DNA from: the human T2T-CHM13v2.0 reference genome, Homo sapiens
Assembly (NCBI RefSeq): GCF_009914755.1
Contig: NC_060925.1
Direction: 5' to 3' (one strand)
DNA: 64,000 nt
In this document: piece by piece, positions 18,251 through 33,414 of the stretch
Position numbering within the stretch: the stretch's first letter is position 1
Layout of the letters: every line of letters begins with the position of its first letter
Position numbers and translations under genes: made by a program
Notes under the pieces: generated by a model
What the model was told of the DNA's origin: nothing
Seen by the model: only the letters and a program-made list of their open reading frames with translations
Databases searched by the model: none

Positions 18251-21200
18251 TGGGAAATTCTATTAGCACAGCTTTAAATTTTCCTTGACTTAATTTTATC
18301 ATCACAACATTATCTGCTTTCATTTCAGGTGCTTCAAACTTATCAGCCATGGTGATGTGTTTAAAGCAAAGAATGTCAGAGATAAATAGCATAGCAGGCC
18401 TCTGTATTATTGTCAATAACACTGAATGTCTACATAAACCGCAAAATTAAATGACTTGAAATATTACAAAGTACTGTGTTTGCATAGGCATCAATTGGAC
18501 TTAGAAACAGGAGTCCCAGAGGGGATTAATTTGCATAACATTTACATTGCCACTCTTGTCAATTAGCTCAGACATAAGCCAACTCAGTAGACACATATGG
18601 GGCCAAACTAAAGGAAAATATGTCAGTTAATTTTAGCTTCCATAACTAAAGGCACACCTAGAGCACTGGGGAGAAAGGGGAAAAATAGAAAGGTCAGACC
18701 TAAACTTAATATTTTAAGTGTTTTAATATTTCAAAACACAAATCATATTTTTGTATGTGTGTGTATGTGTGTGTGTGTGTGTGTGTCTGTTTTCTTTCCT
18801 TCAAACCTAAACCAAGCCTGTTCAGAAGCACAGATAGTTTTTATTGTAAAGTTGCTTAGCCATACTTCTATGGAGCAAAGCATCCCTTTCAAACTCTGAA
18901 AATGGATCACTAAATTCAGTTTACCAAAAGTTGGCATGTAAATTTTCAAACAAATGTTGGCAACATCCACATCTATTTATGTTTCAGTTAGATTGATTTT
19001 TTTATTCTGCTAGAAGATTTCTGATACATACATTATAAACTTGTGTAAAATTCGGGAACTCAATTTAGAAACCTGGTAAACAATTTTTATTTCAAAATTT
19101 AGAATAGAAAAGCAAAATTTATCACTTGAGAATAAATTCTAAAGTTCTCCATAAAGCATTCAAAGCAGTTTACCTCTCTAATAGAAACAATACAGAGTTT
19201 GCAAGTCCAAATGCAATCATGAACATTAGACATAGATTTTGTTTCCCTGCAATATCATAAACTACCAACTCAACCTTAGCATTACCAGTTTATACATTCT
19301 CAGTGTGCTTGCATTTCCTATTAAAGCTTTGAAAATTTGTATATACATTGAAAGAGAATATGATGCTTACGAGTCCAAACATCATTATGTTATTGTTACC
19401 CAAGGTGAGAATATGATTTCATATGTATGATTATTACCTTATTTTATGTCAGTGATGTCAAACCAGAAACTTTTGTTCTTTTTACTCCCTCTGCATATAT
19501 GTCATCTCCTTCTATCTATCCACTTTAACTTTCTGTGAATGTCTGCCAGGTTAAAGACCCAGCTCAGAGTCCCTGCCAAATTCTTTCCTTTGTCATGATG
19601 AGGGGAATGAATTCAACTGACTGTTATCTGCAAATAAATTTAGAACTAGGAGCCATCATCAGCTGCTGTGCTAGAATGCCTGTTTAATGGCAAAGGCCAT
19701 AGCTTGTATCTTTACATGCCTTTAAGGTAGCATATTGCTTGGAATATAGAAAATGCCTAATACTTATAACAACAAAAAAAGAATTAATAAATAAATTACT
19801 CAATTCTAGTGCATTTATTTTGTAAATAAAAGAAATATACACAAGTATCTAAATAACTTGCAGCTATTTAGTGATAAAGCTTCATAAGAAAAATTCTTTA
19901 ATATATTTTTCTTCCCTTTAAAAATTTATAAATATAGCAGATATACAGAGGAGTGCTTATATATTATACTTAACAGATATAACAACAATATAATATATAT
20001 ACCAAATAATATATCTAATCATGTTTTCAAAATAAAAATTTTATTTACTTGTGAAATATCTAAGCTCATAAAATAAAAAAGAAATAAACATTTTAAAATT
20101 CTTCTTAGTGTACCATCCTGATTACATTATCTCCCCTACCTGAAAATGTTTGTACTTTTCTGAGTTTGTATACATCAGTTTCATGCTTTTTCTCTTACCA
20201 CAGTTTTGCAAAATATACATATTCCTAAATAGTACTTTTAAATGTAGCCTGATTTTTAAATGTATATAAATGGAATTATACCTCATCTTAAATTGGGAGG
20301 AAATATTCATATTGATTTATGGAATTCACTCATTTTTATTGTTCTATGCTATTCCATTGTTTCTCATTTACTCTCACCATTGATTGATATTTTGATTGTT
20401 TCCAGTTTTTAACAAATACAAACAACAATGCTACAAATATTCTTATAGAGATTTATTAGCACACAAGTGAAAGAATTTCTCAAGATATGTTAGAAATAGA
20501 ATTACTGAGTCATAGAGTACACATAATATTTATCTTTTGGGTAAAATAATGTATAATTTAATTTTTCTCAGTCGTATTAGACTTAATTCTTACAGAAATA
20601 AAATTTTTACTAATGAGATAAAGAAGTAACCACAAATGTTTCCGTTTAACGTGGAAACCTAAATTCAATATAAATTACATTTTCAGAAATTTTCATTTTG
20701 AATGTTTGTAAATCTCAAGATCGCTGTTTGTGAACAATGTTTATATATGTTTTCTTTTTTCACTTCTTGACAAAATTACCCATATACTTTTATTTTCAAA
20801 AATATTATTTGAGAAGCACCACGATGGTTGACTAGAAGCAGCTGGTATACACTGCTCTCACAGAAGAGACAGAATAGTGAGCAAACACTAGTTCTTCTAG
20901 TGGATCATCCAAACAGCCACATAGGGATTCATCAAGGAAGCAATTGCAGCTAGTGCATACTGCTCTCAAAGAGAGGAGATGCAGCTAATCACTCCAATTG
21001 ACCATGGCTCTATATTTCTCTGGGATGGAGCCACCAGAGGCAACTGACAGGTTCTCTGCCATTGCTGCTACCACAATCCTTGCCCCTGCTGCCCCCAAGC
21101 TGGGGAGCGGACAAAATGCCTGAGATTATCCCAGGGCAGCAGTGTGTATCTTGTGAGTGCTGAGCAGAGATCCCTGGGCAGTACTCAAGCAGGAGAGGAG

Positions 21201-21400
21201 CCCACTCTCTCAGAGAACTGAGAGGGGTGAGTCACATGCGCTCATGGGGAGCCATGGGAGTAGGGTGTGCCTCCTTCCACAGGGCTGGCCTGGAAAAAGT
21301 ATGGTCTATCTCCCTGCTGTGGCCTCTGCCCACAGGAACCCCATGGCTTGGAACACCTAAGAAAAGAAATGCAGGTGTAGTGCTAGTGATCAAATGGGGC

Positions 21401-21761
21401 TGATACATTCTGGCTGTGTCCCTACCCAAATCTCATCTTGAATTGTAGCTCCCATAATTCCCACATGTTGTGGGAGGGACCCAGTGGGAGATAATTGAAC
21501 CATGGGGGCAGTTTCCCCCACATTGTGCTTGTGGTGATGAATAAGTCTCAAGAGAGCTGACGGTTTCATAAGGGGTTTCCCCTTTTGCTTGCCTCTCATT
21601 CTCTTTTGCCTGCTGAGATATAAGATGCGCCTTTTGCCTTCTGTCATGATTGTTAGGCCTCCCCAGCCACATAGAACTGTGAGTCCATTAAACCTCTTTT
21701 CCTTTATAATTACCCAGTGTCGAATATGTCTGTATCAGCAGCATAAAAACGAACAAATACA
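21401..21761 (+). mobile_element. THE1 (B/C-like) MaLR solo LTR inside the L1 5'UTR
   Basis: Starts tgata...ggctgtgtccctacccaaatctcatcttgaattgtagctcccataattccc, ends aataca; near-TSD ggggc/gggac. Confidence 0.9.
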
Positions 21762-22795
21762 GGGACACCCCCAAGGCCCAAGAGTCAACCTCATGAGAGG
21801 GTCACCTCTCTCCACAACACACCACAGAATAGGGCTGCAAACACCAGGAAATATAAAAAAGCCATCCAGCTGAGTAAAAGCCTAATTACAAGCAATGACT
21901 TTTAAGCACCATCTAGTGAATCAACGCCCAAACTACAACAATAAAAATACGTTGCTAATATACCCTACTGTGAAACCAAAGGCAAAAATGTGGCCACAAA
22001 TTAAGACTCTACCCAGAGCCTCAGCCTGCCAAAAACATCCAGAAATAAAGTCAACTGACTATACTCAACTTACACCAGAGTTAAAAGAGCACTAGCACTC
22101 TAAGAAGAGAAAGAATCTGTGTAAGAACTCTGGTAATTCAAGAAGCTGGTGTCCCCATACCTGCAAATGAGTCCACTAGCTTCCCAACAATGGTTCATAA
22201 CCAGTCTGAAATAACTGAAATGACATATAATTCAGAATCTGGGTGGCAAGGAAGCTCAGTAATATTCAGAAGAAAGTGGAAACCCAATCCAAGAAATCCA
22301 GTGCAATGTTTTGAGAGCTAAAAGACAACATAACCATATGAAGAATAAGCCAAACTAAACTTCTAGAACTGAAAATTTCACTACAAGAATTTCATGATAC
22401 AGTCAGAAGTATTAACAGAGTAGAGCAAGCTGAGGAATGAATTTCAGAGCTCAAAGACTGGTTCTTTGAATCAAGTCAGTCAGTCAAAATTATAGAAAAA
22501 GGATTTTTTTCTTAAATGAACAAAACATCTGAGAAATACAGGATTATGTAAATAGACCAAATCTATCACTCACTGGCTTTCCTGAGAGAAAAAGAAAGAA
22601 CATAACAACTTGGAAAATATGTTTGAGGGTATAGTCCACAGAAATTTTCCTAATCTTGCTAGAGAGATTGACATGCAAATCCAAAAAAACAAAACAAAAA
22701 TACAGGAAAACCCTGCTAGATACTCTACAAGATGACCATCCCCAAGGCACTAAGTCATTAGTTTCATCAAGGTCAATGCAAAAGAAAAATCTTAA

Positions 22796-23200
<405 letters not shown>

Positions 23201-23394
23201 ATGGGGACCTATTTTCGGCATGCCTAAAGAAAAGAAATTCCAACAAAGATTTTATATCCTGCCAAAATAAGCTTCAGAGTAAAGAAGAAATAAAATCTGT
23301 CTCAGATCATCAAATGCTGAATTTGTTTTGACCAGACCAGCCTTACAATAGGTCCTTAAGGGTATGCTAAACGTGGAATAGAAAAATGACTCCT

Positions 23395-23697
23395 GGCCAG
23401 GCGCGATGGCTCATGCCTGTAGTTCCAGCACTTTGGGAGGCCGAGGCCGGCGGATCATGAAGTCAGGAGTTTGAGACCAACCTGACCAACATGGTGAAAC
23501 CCCGTCTCTACTAAAAATACAAAAATTACCCAGGCATGGTTGTGTGCACCTGTAATCCCAGCTACTCAGGAGGCTGAGGCAGGAAAATCGCTTGAACCCA
23601 GGAGGCGGAAGTTGCCGTGAGCCGCGATCACGCCAGCCTAGGTGACAGAGTGAGATTCTGTCTCAATAACAACAACAACAAAAAAGTAAGAAGGGAA
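23395..23697 (+). mobile_element. AluS (Sg-like)
   Basis: Dimeric Alu with (CAA)n/A tail; TSD agaaaaatga(c/t)tcctg at 23380-23395 and 23698-23713. Confidence 0.9.
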
Positions 23698-26259
23698 AGA
23701 AAAATGATTCCTGCTACCACAAAAACACACTTAAGGACATAGCCCACGGGTACTATGAAGCAATCACACAGCCAAGCCTGCATAAAAAAGAGCTAACAAC
23801 ATGATGATAGGAGAAAAATCTCACATATTAATACTAACCCTGATTGTAAATGGGCTAAATCCCCCCAATTAAAAGTTATAGAGTGGCATACTATATAAAA
23901 AAGACAAGTTCTAATCATCTGCTATCTTCAAGAGATCCATCTCAAATGTAACGATACCCACAGGCTCGAAGTAAAAGGATGAAAAAAGACATACCATGCA
24001 AATGGAAAGCAAAAAAAGAGCAGGAGTCACTATTTTTATACTAGATAAAACAGATATTAATCTAATAAAAATTAAGGACAAAGAATGGTATCTCATAACG
24101 ATAAAATGTACAATCCAACAAGAAGACTTAACTATCCTAAATATGAATGCACCCAACATTGGAGCACTCATATTCACAAAACGAGTTCCTCATGGCCTAA
24201 AAAAAGACTGAGAAAACCACACAATAACAGTGGGAGATTTCAACAACCCACTGACAGCATTATATAGACCACCAAGGCAGAAAACTAAACTCTGGACCTA
24301 AGCTCAATACTTCATCAATTAGACCTAATAGACATCTACAGAACACTCCACCCAAAAATCACATAACATACATTTCTCTCATCTGCACATAGAACATATG
24401 CTAAGATCAACCACATGCTCTCTCATAAAGCAAATCTCAATAAATTCAAAAAAATAAAATCATATAAAGCTCACTTTCGAACCACAGTGAAATAAAAATA
24501 GAAATCAATATTAAGCAGATCTCTCAAAACCACACAAATACATGGAAGTTAAACAACTTGCTCCTGAATAATTCTTGTGTGAACATTGAAGGCAGACATT
24601 TAAAAATTTTTTGTCATTAATAAAAATAGTAACTCAACAAACAAACATCTTAGAGATGCAGCCAAAGCAGTTAAGAGGAAATTTTATAGTGCTAAACACC
24701 TTCTTCAAGAAGTTAGAAATATCTCAAATTAACAATCTAACTTTGCACCTAAAGGAACCAGAAAAAAAAGAACAAACTCCCGCTAGAAGAAGAAAAAAAA
24801 TTAACTAAAATCAGAACAGAACTGAGTGAAACTGAGATGCAAAAAGTCTATATAAAAGCCCAATGAAACCAAGAGTTGGTTTTCTGAATAAAAATAAAGA
24901 GTTGGTTTGAAGAATAAACAAGACTGATAGACCACTAGCTAGATTAACAAAGAAAAAGAAATCCAAATAGGCACAATAGAAATGACAAAGATGACATTAC
25001 AACTGATCTCACAGAAAGACAAAAGATTCTTAGAGACCATTATAAACACCTCTATGCACACAAATTAGAAAATCTAGAGTAAATGGATAAAGTCCTAGAA
25101 ACACAATCTCCCAAGATTGAACCAGGAATAAAGTGAAAACCTGAACAGACCAGTAACAAGATCTGAAATTGGATTAGTATTTAAAAACTTACCAACCAAA
25201 AAAAGCCTAGTACCAGATGGATTCATAGTTAAGTTCTACCAGATGTACAAGGAAGAATTGGTATCAGTCCTACTGAACTCATTCCAAAAAAACTGGAGAG
25301 GAGACTTCTCCCTAACTCATTCTACAAAACCAGCAACATCCTGATGCTAAAATCTGGCAAAGATACACCAACAAAAACAAAAAAACTTCAGGCCAGCATC
25401 ACTTATAAACATAAATGCAAAAATCATAAACAAAACACTAGCAAACACAACAAAACAATGGATGTAAATCCAGCAGCACATCAGAAAGTTAATACACCAG
25501 AATCAAGTAGGCTTTATTCCTGGGATGCAAGTCTCATTCACCATAAAGCAAGTCAATAAATTTGATTCACTACATAAACAGAATTAAAAGCAAAAGCCAT
25601 ATGATCATCTCAATAGACACAGAAAAGTATTTTTATAAAATCTAACATCTCTTCATGATAAAAACCCTCAACAAACTAGGAATTGAAGGAACACACCTCA
25701 AAATAATAAAAGCCAGACAGTAACAGTCATCTGTAACAAACCCATCACCAACATCACACTGAATGTGCAAAAGCTGGAACCATTCTCCTTAAGAAATGGA
25801 ACAAGGATGCCTACTCACACCAATTCTATTCAACATAGCACTGTAATTCCTAGCCAGAGTAATCAAGCAAGAAAAAAAAAATGCAAGGCATCCAAATAAG
25901 AAGTCAAACTGTCTCTCTTTGCTGATAAAATGATTCTGTACCTATAAAACCCCAAAGACCCTGCCAAAAGGCTCCTAGGACTGATCAACAGTTTTAGTAC
26001 AGCTTCAGGACACTAAATCAATGTACAAAAATTAGTAGAATTTCTATGCACCACTAATGTCAATTCTCAAAGCCAAATGAAGAATAAAATTTTATTTGCA
26101 ATAACTAGAAAAAAAAAGAAATACCTAGGAATACATCTAACCAAGGAGATAAAAGAGCTCTACAAGGAGAACTGTAAAACGCAGATACAACACAAATAAT
26201 CAGAAAATCTTCTATGTTCATTGATTAGAAGAATCAATATTATTAAAATGACAGTACTG

Positions 26260-28041
26260 ACCAAGAAGCAGCTTCTCCTCTCCTTCTGGAATCTATGCCT
26301 GGTTCAGCCTGCCTGCCTCCACTCCTGCCTCCACCATGTCCATGAGGGTGACCCAGAAGTCCTACAAGGTGTCCACCTCCGGCCCCCGGGCCTTCAGCAG
26401 CTGCTCCTACAAGAGTGAGTCCGGTGCCTGCATCAGCTCCTCGAGCTTCTCCCGAGTGGTCAGCAGCAGCTTCCCGGGTGGCCTGGGCAGAGGCTATGGC
26501 AGGTCCTGTGGTATGGGAAGCATCACCACTGTCACCGTCAACCAGAGCCTGCTGAGCCCTCTTAACCTGGAGGTGGACCCCAACATCCAGGCCATGCGCA
26601 CCCAGGAGAAGAAGCAGATCAAGACCCTCAACAACAAGTTTGCCTCCTTCATCAACAAGGAGCAGCAGAACAAGATGCTGGAGACTAAGTGGAGCCTGCA
26701 GCACAGAAGATGCCTCGGAGCAACATGGACAACATGTTCAACAGCTACATCAACCTTCGGCAGCAGTTGGAGACTGGGCCAGGAGAAGCTGAAGCTGAAG
26801 GCAGGGCTTGGCAACATGCAGGGGCTGGTGGAGGACTTCAAGAACAAGTACCAGGATGAGATCAATAAGCTTACAAAGATGGAGAATGAATTTGTCCTCA
26901 TCGAGAAGGATGTGGATGAAGCTTACACGAACAAAGTGGAGATAGAGTCTCACCTGGAACGGCTGACTGATGAGATCAGCTTCCTCAGGCAGCTGTCTGA
27001 AGAGGAGATCTGGGAGCTGCAGTCTCAGATCTCAGACACATCGGTGGTGCTATCCATTGACAACAGCCTCCCCCAGACATGGACGGCATCATTGCTGAAG
27101 TCAAGGGGCAGTACGAGGAGCTTGCCAACTGCAGCTGGGCTGAGGCTGAGAGCATGCACCAGATCAAGTATGAGGATCTGCAGATGCTGGCAGAGAAGCA
27201 CAGGGATGACCTGCAGCATACAAAGACTGAGATCTCCAAGATGAACAGGAACATCAGCGGGCTCCAGGCTGAGACTGAGGGCCTCAAAGGCCAGAGGGCT
27301 TCCCCGGAGGCTGCCACGGCAGATTTCGAGCAGCATGGGGAGCTGGCCCTTAACAATGCCAACACCAAGCTGTCCGAGCTGGAGGCCGCCGTGTAGCAGG
27401 CCAAGCAGGACGCAGCGAGGCAGCTGCAGGAGTACCAGGAGCTGATAAACTTCAGGCTGGCCCTGGACGTCCAGATCGCCTCCTACAGGAAGCTGCTGGA
27501 GGGCAAGGAGAGCTGGCTGGAGTGTGGGATGCAGAACATAAGTACCCATACGAAGACCACCAGCGGCTAGGCAGATGGGCTGAGCTCGACCTATGGGGGC
27601 CTCACAAGCCCCGGCCTCAGCTACGTCCTGGGCTCCAGCTTTGACTCTTGGGCGGGCTTCATCTCCTTCAACCGCACCAGCTCCACCAGGGCCATGGTTG
27701 TGAAGAAGATGGAGACCCTCGATGGGAAGCTGGTGTCTGAGTCCTCTGACGTCCTCCCCAAGTGAACAGCAATGGCAGCCCCTCCCAGACTATCCCTCCT
27801 GCGGCTGGCTGCCCCAGAGCCCGGGAGGGAGGCTGCTGTGTAGGGGAGCACAGGGAAGAGAAGACCCACCTAAGGCTCAGCCCTGGACTTCAGCCCACCC
27901 GTTGGGGGAGTTCCTGCCTGGGGTACCCCCCTTGCCCATGCCTCCAGCTACATAACAATTCAATTGGTTTTTTGTTTTTTTACAAAATAAAACCTCAGCT
28001 AGCTCTGCCAACTGTCAAAAAAAAAAAAAAAAAAAAAAAAA
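26260..28041 (+). pseudogene. KRT8P: Keratin 8 (KRT8) processed pseudogene
   Basis: Intronless copy with 5'UTR; ATG at 26336 ([22 protein letters not shown]); rod domain; ends ...SESSDVLPK TGA (27763-27765); AATAAA at 27986-27991; 25-nt poly-A at 28017-28041; 12-nt deletion (VRFL), frameshifts and TAG stops (27394, 27568); inserted at a TT/AAAA site in L1 ORF2. Confidence 0.97.
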
Positions 28042-29719
28042 TCAATACTACCCAAAGCAATCTACAGGTTAAACACTATTTCTATCAAAATACCAATTAC
28101 ATAATTTGCAAAAAGGGAAAAAAAAATAAAATTTATATGTAACCAAAAATGTTCCAGAATAGCAAAAGCCATCCTGAGCAAAATACAAAACTGAAGAAAT
28201 CACATTACCTGACTTTAAATTATACTACAGAGCTGCAGTAACCAAAACAACATGGTACTGGCATAAAAACAGATATAGACACCAGTGGAAGAGAATAGTG
28301 AACCCAGAAATAAACCCACATACAACCACTTGGTCTTGGATGAAGCTGACAAAAACAAGGAATGGGGAAAGGACTCCCTATTCAATAAATGGTGCTGGAA
28401 TAACTGGCTAGCCATATGCAGAAGGATGAAACTAGACCCTCACCTTTCACCGTATACAAAAATTAACTCGATATAAAGTAAAGATTTAAATGTAAGACCT
28501 CAAACCATAAACATCACAGAAGAAAAACTAGTTAATGCCCTTCTCAACTTTGGCTTTGTCAAAGAATGTTTGGCTATGTCCCCAAAAGGAAGTGCAACAA
28601 AAACAAAAATTACAAGCAGAACCTAATTAAACTAAAGAGCTTCAGCACAGCCAAAGATACTACTGATAGAGTAAACAGATAATCTGCAGAATGAAAGAAG
28701 ATATTCACAATTCATGCATCCAACAAAAGTCTAACATTCAGAATCTATAGGAGCTGGAGGCCATGATCCTAAGCAAATTAAGGCAGGAACAGAAAACCAA
28801 ATACTTAAAAGTGGGAGCTAAACATTGAGCACATGTGGACATAAACATAGGAACAATAGACACTGCAGATTTCTACAGAGGAAGGGAGGGAGGGAGTGTG
28901 GGTTGAAAAACTATTTATTGGATACTATGCTTACTAGCTCAGTGCAATATAGCCATGTGATAAACCTGATCATGTAACCCCATATCTATAATAAAAATTG
29001 AAATTAACAAAATATATATCACTTTACATATGATTATATATATGTATATATATTTTATGCTTAATCTGTAATCAACACAATGGTGGGTAAAACATTCATT
29101 TTAACTTCACCAGGGTACATTCTTAAGATCAGAATTTCCATCTTTATTGATATTCATTCTACATTAGTACCGATAGAGATTCTCATTCATGTTAAATGAA
29201 ATATTTGGAATACATAGGTTCAATTTAATGGAAGAACAACATGTTTGCTAAGAAATCATGTTGTGTTACAGTCCAAAGTAAAGTGAGATGGAATTTGGCT
29301 ATCACATTATATGAGATAGAATCTTCCCCATGATATTAATGCCAATTAACGGTTCAAAGAAATCCCTAATTGTCATCTTGCTTGACTGTGCTTTTAAATT
29401 TTAAAATATATATCTAAAATCAAACAAAAATATTTTTGGAATTTATAAAGATGCACACATGCTGAACTTAATAGATAATATCAAACATTTTTCTGTAGTG
29501 GGTGTATAAATTTGTACACCCCTAGGCAATATAAGAGTCTCCAAAGCTGTACATTTTGCAAATCTTCAATATTGTCAGACTTTTTATATTTTCTTAAATG
29601 GAAGTTATGATATGGTATCCCATACTTCAATTTACATTTCTCTGATTGTTATTGAGGCTAAGCATCATTTTATTTGTTTACTGAACATTAGTATTTTCTT
29701 TTCTGTGAAATTCCTATTA

Positions 29720-29960
29720 CAATGTAGTTGCAAACTATGGGTTCTGGAACTAAACTGCATTCAAATTCTGGCTGTGCCATTCACTATATGTGGGATTTAG
29801 GCACATTAAAAAAAAATCTCCCTGCTTAATGTATCACCTATAAAATAAGGATTGCAAGAATATCTAACTGATAATGCTGCTGTGAGGATTAAATAAGTCA
29901 ATATGTATAATCTGCATTAAAAGTGTCTCCACATAGTTACCTATATAAGCGTTTATTATC
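29720..29960 (+). mobile_element. MIR SINE remnant (another, on the minus strand, at ~36200-36450)
   Basis: 'ttcaaattctggctgtgccattcacta...ataaaataagga...tgtgaggattaaataag' resembles the MIR core. Confidence 0.65.
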
Positions 29961-32900
29961 ATTTCTTCGGACTGTCTTTTTTGTTGGTTACAATATACAA
30001 TATTTAGAATATACAAAATTTTAGTTAAATTTTTTTAGAATTTCTCATTTGTACTTTTTCACATCTGGCTTATTGGTATTGATAGTCTCTTGCCTGTCAT
30101 TGTTTCAGTATATTTTATATTTCTTTAAAAATATTATTTTATATTTTACATCTGATCTTTTAACAGCTAAATTTGCTTTGGGCCTAATTATACATTTTTA
30201 GATGTTTATCTCATATTTCCTCATGGTGATTGGTTTTTCTCATAGTTTAGTAATTTTCAATGGTGAGCCTACCTTCCTTGGACATTTGTGGGAAAACTTT
30301 GAGGCCTGGGTTTGAAATTATTTCCTACAGAGATGAATTGCATGCGCTTCTCCCGAGTGATTGTGCTTAATTATTGCAAGGGATAATAACAACTCGCACT
30401 CTTCTTCAAAGGCATTTTCAAGTTTAAAATTTGGGGATTTTGAGGGAAGGTTGTACAAATGTAGGGTTATTGAAGATTTGTGTTTAGAATTCAGAGACAA
30501 TGATGAGACTGGGTTAAATTCCCAAATTCTTACTCTCCTGAGAGTTTTGTTATTCTTTCAGGTCATCTACTAAGAATTCTTTCTTTGGGGATGTAGAATA
30601 TGAATATGGGATAATGGGGTATGGTTGGGGTTAGTGGCCTCTCACGAGCTTTGTTCTATGGCTTGACTTAGATGCTAGCATGCCTAACTCATTGAAAGCG
30701 GGCCTCTAAACTTGCAATCATTGGCTCTACTTTCTTTTTCTTTTCTGATTTCTAAAGCATTCTCTAAATTTCTAGCTACATCAGGCATGCTTTAAATATA
30801 TATCTTTATATTTTATCCAGCATTAATAAGTGTACTGTATCTGGAGTAGTTTTTCTGAACATTTAATCCTCAACTGTTCTCTGAATTTTTAATCCTTAGC
30901 AAGCATACTCTGATTTTTCTCACTAGGTAAATTTAAATTTCTAAAAGTACGTGGCTGGTGAAAGTCAATATCCACTTCGTACGTTTTTTTATGCAGTTCT
31001 ATTAGAACTTTTCAAGTACACAGTTCATATGTTCAAACACATGGTTCACATCTGAATTCAATACTAGACTATAGAACTAATCAAAAGCAGGCCATATCTG
31101 AGGCTAACTAACAGATCAGGAAGTAAGAATGGAAATAGAAACTATTTAGAGGAAATAATGATATGTATGTGTAAATATTTTTTGCATATTTATGAAGAAT
31201 AAGAGTTTTGAGATTGGAGAAGATAGTTTTGAAAAAGCATTTACAGGAAAGTTTATGAAACACAAATGATTCTATATAAGTTTCTTTTTCCTTCTGCTAA
31301 ATTATCAGTTAGAAAACTTAACAAAGATGAAAGCAATAAGCCTTGTATGTTTGAGTTTTCTGAAATTATAAGAAGATAGCTCTTTGTGTTCAAAATGAGA
31401 AATATATTTTAGCTGCTTATATAATAAGTTGAAATCTAATAACCTAACTTTTAGAGAAGCGTAATGTGAGTATGGATATTTCTGATGTTCAGTTTCCCTT
31501 TATATGTCCAATTAACCTTTATTTACTAAGAAACCATAGCATTCTAATTTGATTGGCAGCACAAGAGCTGGCGCCAGTAAAGAGAGTTGAGAAACTCTGC
31601 TGGAAAATCATGGTTTATTAATACATCATTAAGCACTTTAAATGGATTCCAATGGCGTATGTCTAAGGAAGGAAATAATTCAGCATTTGTTAGTTACTGA
31701 CAGAGTACAGAATTGAAATTTACATTTTAAGCCTTACGTTCAAAGTCCTAGCGTGCCAGCAATTGAATTACACATTACAAAATGATAGTGTATGTCATCT
31801 GTCCCTTTACCGGGCAGAACTATAAATCTTAATAATTATATATGTTTATCCAGACAAATGCATATTATCATGCAGTAATGTAATCTATAATTATAAATAA
31901 AATAAAAATTAAATGTATTTGCAATATGTGTACAATACTTGTGTGATAGACATTTAGTACACTTATTACTTGATGCTAAATGATATATACAGTGGAAGTA
32001 TGCAATTTGAATTGTACTTTACTTTTAATGAACACATAGTAAGAATATAAGTGATTTTAAAGCACTACTATATTTTCTCTATATGTTAACATTCTAAACC
32101 ACTTCCAGGAAAATAAAAATAACTTTTGAGGTTAGAAAACATCCACATCTTTATTTTAATTTCTAACATCAATCTATACAATGAATGTATTCATTAATTT
32201 ATTTCTCACTTTTATGTTTGAATGTATTGGCAATCTAAGGATAAATTATTTGTATATATATCTAATTAATTCATGCTTAGAAGACAAAAAATTTTAGGAG
32301 ATTTTTGACATTTCCAAGTCTTGTAGAATTTTAAAGTATTTTTCACCAAATTTGGGCTCTTAAATATGAACAGATAAATTCTTCATGTAATTTTTTTTAC
32401 AGTATTAAAGATCCTTAAATAATTGAATTTGCATAACAGTACTCTAAATGTTTTTCTTTTGGTGTAAGCTGAACTGTGAACTTTTGTTTTATTTTTGTGC
32501 ACACATAGTTTAAACAGAATTGACTGATGTACCAATAACAACCACATAATTAAAGTAATTTGACCTATGTTGACTAAGCCACTTGATTGAAATCAGTGTT
32601 TCTCAAACTGTATACCTTGATATTTAAGAAAAGTGATCTCTAAATAATTCCAGGGAACAAATTGGGGATTGTATATGAGGTAGTAATAGTAATTGCTCCC
32701 TCAGTTTATATCATAATTTTTCTTCTTTCAATCAAAATTTTTTTCTTCCTCTCTAACCACAGCATAGATTTTGATATATGCTAACACTCCACACATTGTT
32801 GTAATTCATTGCTATATTCTATCTTTTCCTAATTTAAGTGAGAACCTGATCAATAGAGACAACCATTTTCAAGGAAAATTTCAGTGTTTTAATTCACAGC

Positions 32901-33414
32901 ATGGGCATGCAGTGAGGTGGCTGGGGATAGAGGCATAGGGACAATCTGCTTTTTTGCAGATAGAGATAATGATAGCATGCCTTCGCAACTGACACTGATA
33001 GAACATATTTTAAAGTCCTTTGGAATGTTTCAAAAGATAGTTTCTAGTGGAAACAGCATGAAAGGCCATGTTCAAAAATGGAGTTTTCTATCTCTTCCTT
33101 TTGTTTTCCTTTAATATAATGAGAACCAATCATCTTCAAATACTCAATCGTCAGTTTCGTATAGTTTGAAAACTATACCACATTATACTCACGATCAAGT
33201 TTTCTGGGTATATATTTGAGGTTATTTGAGCTTACAGCCATGCTTTAGTATGTAGCTTCTTTTAAAAACATATTAATAGTTTAATGTCTTTCCATGAAAA
33301 TAAAGAAGTATACCTAAGGTTATAATTAATACATTGATAAAATATGCAAAGTCTTCTTTATGTCTTTAAATTTGATATAAAAATTATACTGGTTTCTATA
33401 TTAAGAATAGCCTT

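Noticed and set aside
26336-27765. Functional keratin gene
   Set aside because: Intronless with a poly-A tail, frameshifts and internal stops, embedded in an L1.
26243-27869. Long antisense ORFs (135-174 aa) over the keratin copy
   Set aside because: Shadow ORFs expected from GC-rich keratin codon usage.
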